From the NCBI GenBank assembly GCA_047495785.1, contig JBLDXI010000007.1:1364001-1428000 (forward strand): 64,000 nucleotides of DNA. The letters run 5' to 3'. Numbering within the stretch: position 1 is the first letter of the stretch; each line of letters starts with the position of its first letter. This document shows positions 59,433 through 64,000 of the stretch, piece after piece. The notes under the pieces are model-generated. The model ran no database searches. It was not told the origin of the DNA and was given only the letters and a program-made list of their open reading frames with translations. The DNA is from Lepidodermella squamata (lineage: Eukaryota > Animalia > Gastrotricha). The position numbers were made by a program, and so were the translations under genes.

Positions 59433-61688
59433 TCAGTCGTGATAACTGCTAATAGCTGGGCCAATACGTTGATTCGAACTGCCGGATGATTTCACAGCCA
59501 GAGCGTTGGCATGGTCAGCCTCAGCGCTACCATCTTCCTCGCGGCTATCTTCGTCGACAGTACTCTTATATTCCGAGCCAATAATTTCCGAGTTGATGCA
59601 TTTCACGATATTAGCATGAACGTTATTGATCGTTTGCGAGCTCGTGCTGTTATCAAGTAACCGCTTAACGGCTGCAAATGAGCCAGTGTATGAGCAGGTG
59701 AAGTTGTAAAACTCGTTCCGCGACAAAAATCTAAACATATTAACATGATGATAAAAAATGAGGATAAGGATGTAAATGTAATATTAGGCTTACTCGCAGC
59801 ACTTCTTCGAACGAGAAGTCAATGGGTCGTTGCAAACGTCTAACAACTTCGAATCGTTTCGCATTGAGTCTAATATTGTCGTGATAGTCGATGGCATGCA
59901 CATTCCGCCGGTTTTCTTATATATTCGAGGCATTTCGCATTGGTCTGCTCCTCCGAGGATAATGCCGTTGATATAGTTACGCTCATTCGGCCGAGGGAAG
60001 ACCTTTCATATAAACATTTATTCTGCCTTGAATCAAATTTCTCTGTGAAATTTACCTCTACCATGACCAGGCACATCTCATCCGCTGTATTCTTGCCAAA
60101 GAAGGTCCATTTGTCGCGTTCTTCCGACGAGAAGATACATTCAAGGATAAAGTTGTCACCAGGCTCGACTTCCAGAGCATCCTCCGGGTGCCAATCGATG
60201 ATTGTTGGCCTGTCGTAGAAGTAGGGTTCGCTGAACACGACGATTTTCGTTCCATTCGCCTTTTCCAAGGTCAGCTTAGCTCGTCTCCCCAGAGTATGCA
60301 TGTGCATTAGCAGACTGATGATTTTGAAAGATGTTGAATTTCTGCCCATCGTTTGTTGGCTGCAGCTTGTCGACCGAAACATACTACCTACCACCGAGGA
60401 CATCTTCGAGTTGGGCGGGATGGCTATGTCGCCTTGACCTGGTCGAATCATGGTTATGCTGTGCTTTCGTAGCTGCGTGGTGTAGTAGATTTTCAACCCG
60501 GAGGTATCTCGTAGGCCAGATTTAAGCAAAGGGTTGTTGTAATGTATCTGCATGATAACTTTTCGATACGAACTCTTGCCCATCATCATGCCAGCCTCAG
60601 GTGGGAAACAACGGCCTTTCATTCCGAAAGCCCAGGCGATATTTTGGTCCCTGCATTCATAAGGCTCTATTCCGCATTCGGTTGGAACTGAGTAATTGCC
60701 AGTCTTGTTGATCTCGGCTTCTAGAGCTGGCGAGTCGCAGATGAACAGGATGAGATGATGCATGACCTGAGGGTTATCGATTATCGGCTCCCACTGTTAA
60801 AGAGACGAATATTTCTCATTTGCAAACAAAAGTGATTATATCTAAACCCGCCTTAAAGATCACCGTTCGCGCAAATTTATGGTACCAAAAATTCAAATTT
60901 TAGCGCGCGCACGCTTAGTCGAAATTGTAACCAAATTATACGCCACGCGCGGTTTAATTGCGAACTTTAACACCAACCTCAAGGAATTCTGTATCGGCTC
61001 CTAGCGTACGGTGACTTTTCTTAATTAGAGTTCACAGGTATCAAACTTACAGCAATAATATGATAATCCTGATCTGCTGGGACTTCCATGGTTTGGCAAA
61101 AGTAGTTGGTTTCAATAGTGGGGATCGTCGTCTCGTTGAAGCGAAGAATCAACGTTTTCACATCAGCTGACTTGATCGCTGGGCACCAGTCGCTCGTATC
61201 GTTCATCTTCTTTTTGCATGAATCGATGTCGCGCAGGAAGCGCAAGTCGTCCGTGCATCTCGCTGATCCAATAGGTTCGCAAACACCAGGATGCGAGAGT
61301 TGGCTCCGGTCTGTTATTTCTGGCGTTGCGCCCTTTGCCCACACGCAGTTGGGATCGCCAAGTTCCTGGCCGTTGGTTCTCCCATCGCCGTCCGAATCAG
61401 CGTGGCATAGGCTTTTGGTCCAAGTTTTTTTGTTTGCGAGAAACGCTCGTCCAAACTTGTTCAGGGGACCTATTTGAGGTAAAAATTAGAGTTTACAAGC
61501 TGATCAGCTTGGATTCGAAAACCTGTTCCCATGACGTATTCATGGCCCAAGCCTTGCCAGGTTTCTTGAGGGTCGCATGGTGAAGGAATTTTGTCGCCAT
61601 TGGGAATCAATTGCTGAAAATCAGGAAACGCGAGAGAAATCGCACCGAAGGTGGCCAGAAGCAACACTTGGTAAGTTGACATCTTCAA
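59433..61688 (-). CDS. Temptin-domain + copper type II ascorbate-dependent monooxygenase (DBH/MoxD-like), multi-exon
   Basis: IPNG..IPSPC..GLGH..GTGPLN.FG..W...C..DSDGDGRTNG.ELGDP.CVW..G..SHPG (temptin); TNYFC, MHHLILF, QIHYNNP, HMH and DEMC (Cu ligands). Hydrophobic C-terminus. Confidence 0.88.
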
Positions 61689-62881
61689 CGATTTTTTGCA
61701 AAATGTTAAACTGTCTTTTTTCCAGGTATTTATATACTAACCCTTTTCCGCATCATTTTTTTCTGATCCTAGTATTAAGACAACAGAGTAGCAGCTAATT
61801 GCCCACGCCGTTGTTATTTTTTGTCTGGAAAACAGCATTTTATAGGAGCATAATTTGAGCGCTCCTATCCAAATAATGTTTTCATTGCATGAATAATCGT
61901 GGATAGCCTATTTTTGTTGAGGAGCGCGTGTGCATATTGTAAATATAGCATTAGCATTATGTAATGGAAAATGCGAGAAAAACATTCTGATTCAACAATT
62001 CAAAGGTGGAGTCACGAGCCGGTCAAAAAAAATTTGAAACAATTTCAGCCCAGTTCGTGATAATAACAGCTCATATTGATTCATCATTGGAGTAAGGCTT
62101 ACACGCTTCAGAATTCTCATGCGCACTCGAAAACTGTATGAAGGTTCAAAGCCCAATTATGGACATGAACAATAACTCTCTACCCGCAGTTTTTGACCGG
62201 CTTTCCGGGCAACCACTAGCCTATTTTTTATGACGATTATTTCAGGGTATGAATAAAAACTGTTCATCTGATAATAACGAGGGCAAAAATTCTGCTGGAC
62301 ACCATACATTTAAAATTAACAAAAAATCATCATAGTTTATTTCGGAAATTTCAGTTTTCATCGATCCGCTGCATCCTTGCATATGGATGAAGTCACATGG
62401 CAACACTACTGGACTCAAAGGAAAATAATGGAAATGAAGAACAAGAGAAAAGATGCGATTTAAGCATTTCTCTTCCAATTGAGCTCTTGAAACCAGACGG
62501 ATGAGATCGGTGCATGACGACAGGTGGTTAAAAGTTGAAAGAAAGTGTTTTCACTGTCGTGACGTGCATGCTATTATTATTCCAGAAAATATGGCGTTTG
62601 GCGTTTAATTATTGATTCATGGAGCTATTATGTGGTTAGCGTTGCCATTACACTTGCCATTGCCGTTACACTTTTCCTGGTATCTTGACATTGGTCAGTG
62701 GCGAGGGGGTGTTTAGTATTGCATCGCCCAGGGTAGCATTCCTACTACGTCTAGATCACGCCTCCAGGCTTTTATTTCCGTATGCAGTGGGCGTGTCTAC
62801 ATCAACATTTTGATTTGCAAGTTTACCACTTGATTCATTGTAAGAGCTGCTAATTCCGCAAAAATTCTTTCGCAATTTGAC

Positions 62882-63879
62882 ATGATTCGTGATTGGTTTG
62901 GATTTATCACCATAGGTACGAGCCTCTTCATCCGTGATATTTCTTGGTCTTCATAGAAATTCTTCCTGTTCTAGTTATTTTTGGCTGTTATCATTACGTT
63001 GAACCCCAAATTTGCCCCGGTGGAGTCTATCAGCCCCTTTTGTCGTTCACTAACACGGCAACGAGAGCATCACAGTGGGACTACTACTATTTCGCGAGGT
63101 TGAACAACAGTCAGCAAGACCAGGAAACAACTCGACTCGTCTCGAAGTGGTCGCCAATGAGCGGGGCAATCTGGACTAATGAGGTTAAATCCTTCAAGTT
63201 TAAATGAAATACAAATGCAGCGTATGTTCCTCTACACAGCCTTTTGCTCTTGATGACTTTTACATCGAAGTCACTATGAAAATGGCATACACTTACGAAC
63301 CATCGGGCTGGGCATTGGTCATATCTAACGAAGCGGGGATTGTTCGACCGTCCAACGACATTTTGACTTATGTGGACGGGCAAGAGTATGGCGTTCAGCG
63401 TAGTGCTCACCTGGGTAAGGCATGAATAGATCCCTGATTTTAGAGTGGTTCATGACCGGGTTTGTAAAGGGCTGACTGTGTTCGGAATTCCTCGCTCCTA
63501 CCTCGTTTCGGTCAAACTTTTGCAGACGGTGAATTCTACGATATGGTTCTCGGATGGACTAACAGATGAGTTGGTGTTTGTTTCAAAAGCTTTTCTCGAC
63601 AAATACTTCAAGGCCAAGTCAACGTGGAGATTTCGAGTTCAATCAACAACGGTGACTATAACAACTTGTCTATTCAACACCACAGATTGCGCTTCGACAG
63701 TAGTCGGCTTCAACATTCCGAGATCACTGCAATCCGTTTTTGCTGGCAATCCACTCCGGCTTGGCGTGACTGCTATGAATAGGGAAGCAAATTCAATTGT
63801 TGACATATACTCAGTCGAAGTTTGGGACTGTGGGCCTCAAGACGTCACTACACCTACTCCAACAGTAATTCTTCATTAG
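62882..63879 (+). CDS. Unknown, probably secreted, multi-exon protein
   Basis: Three adjacent ORFs can be joined by short GT-AG introns (~62916-62974, ~63184-63239, ~63415-63445). Hydrophobic N-terminus. No domain recognised and the last acceptor site is uncertain. Confidence 0.4.
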
Positions 63880-64000
63880 TAGGAGGGAAGACTTACTAGT
63901 GTTGATTTTCAGGTTAATCCATCCTCACTAATGTGTAACAATGGTATTCATCAGCCGCAATGGTCCTATTCGCAACCATCTGATTTGACTGATTATTGGG

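Overview
This is eukaryotic DNA from an animal, probably a non-arthropod invertebrate (inferred from the temptin-monooxygenase fusion, the short ~50-80 nt GT-AG introns and the many intron-poor genes). From left to right it contains: (1) the 3' part of a Gly/Tyr-rich multi-peptide precursor; (2) a tandem array of six two-exon S1A serine protease genes (two pseudogenised), interrupted by an M13/neprilysin-like gene; (3) a 3.3 kb small-RNA island of 17 tRNA genes, each with a different anticodon, plus a divergent U1 snRNA; (4) three RING-Bbox-coiled-coil-ankyrin (TRIM-ANK) genes whose introns and flanks carry a P-like MITE, a MITE with back-to-back tRNA-like promoters and a minimal hammerhead ribozyme; (5) a foldback element; (6) an intronless MACPF gene; (7) a decayed LINE; (8) a PAN/C-type lectin/kringle gene broken by a duplication and a microhomology deletion; (9) a divergent Cys-loop channel; (10) gypsy, LINE and piggyBac-like relics; (11) a seventh protease, a temptin-Cu monooxygenase gene and an unknown secreted-protein gene. 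All calls were made by eye from motifs; no searches were run.
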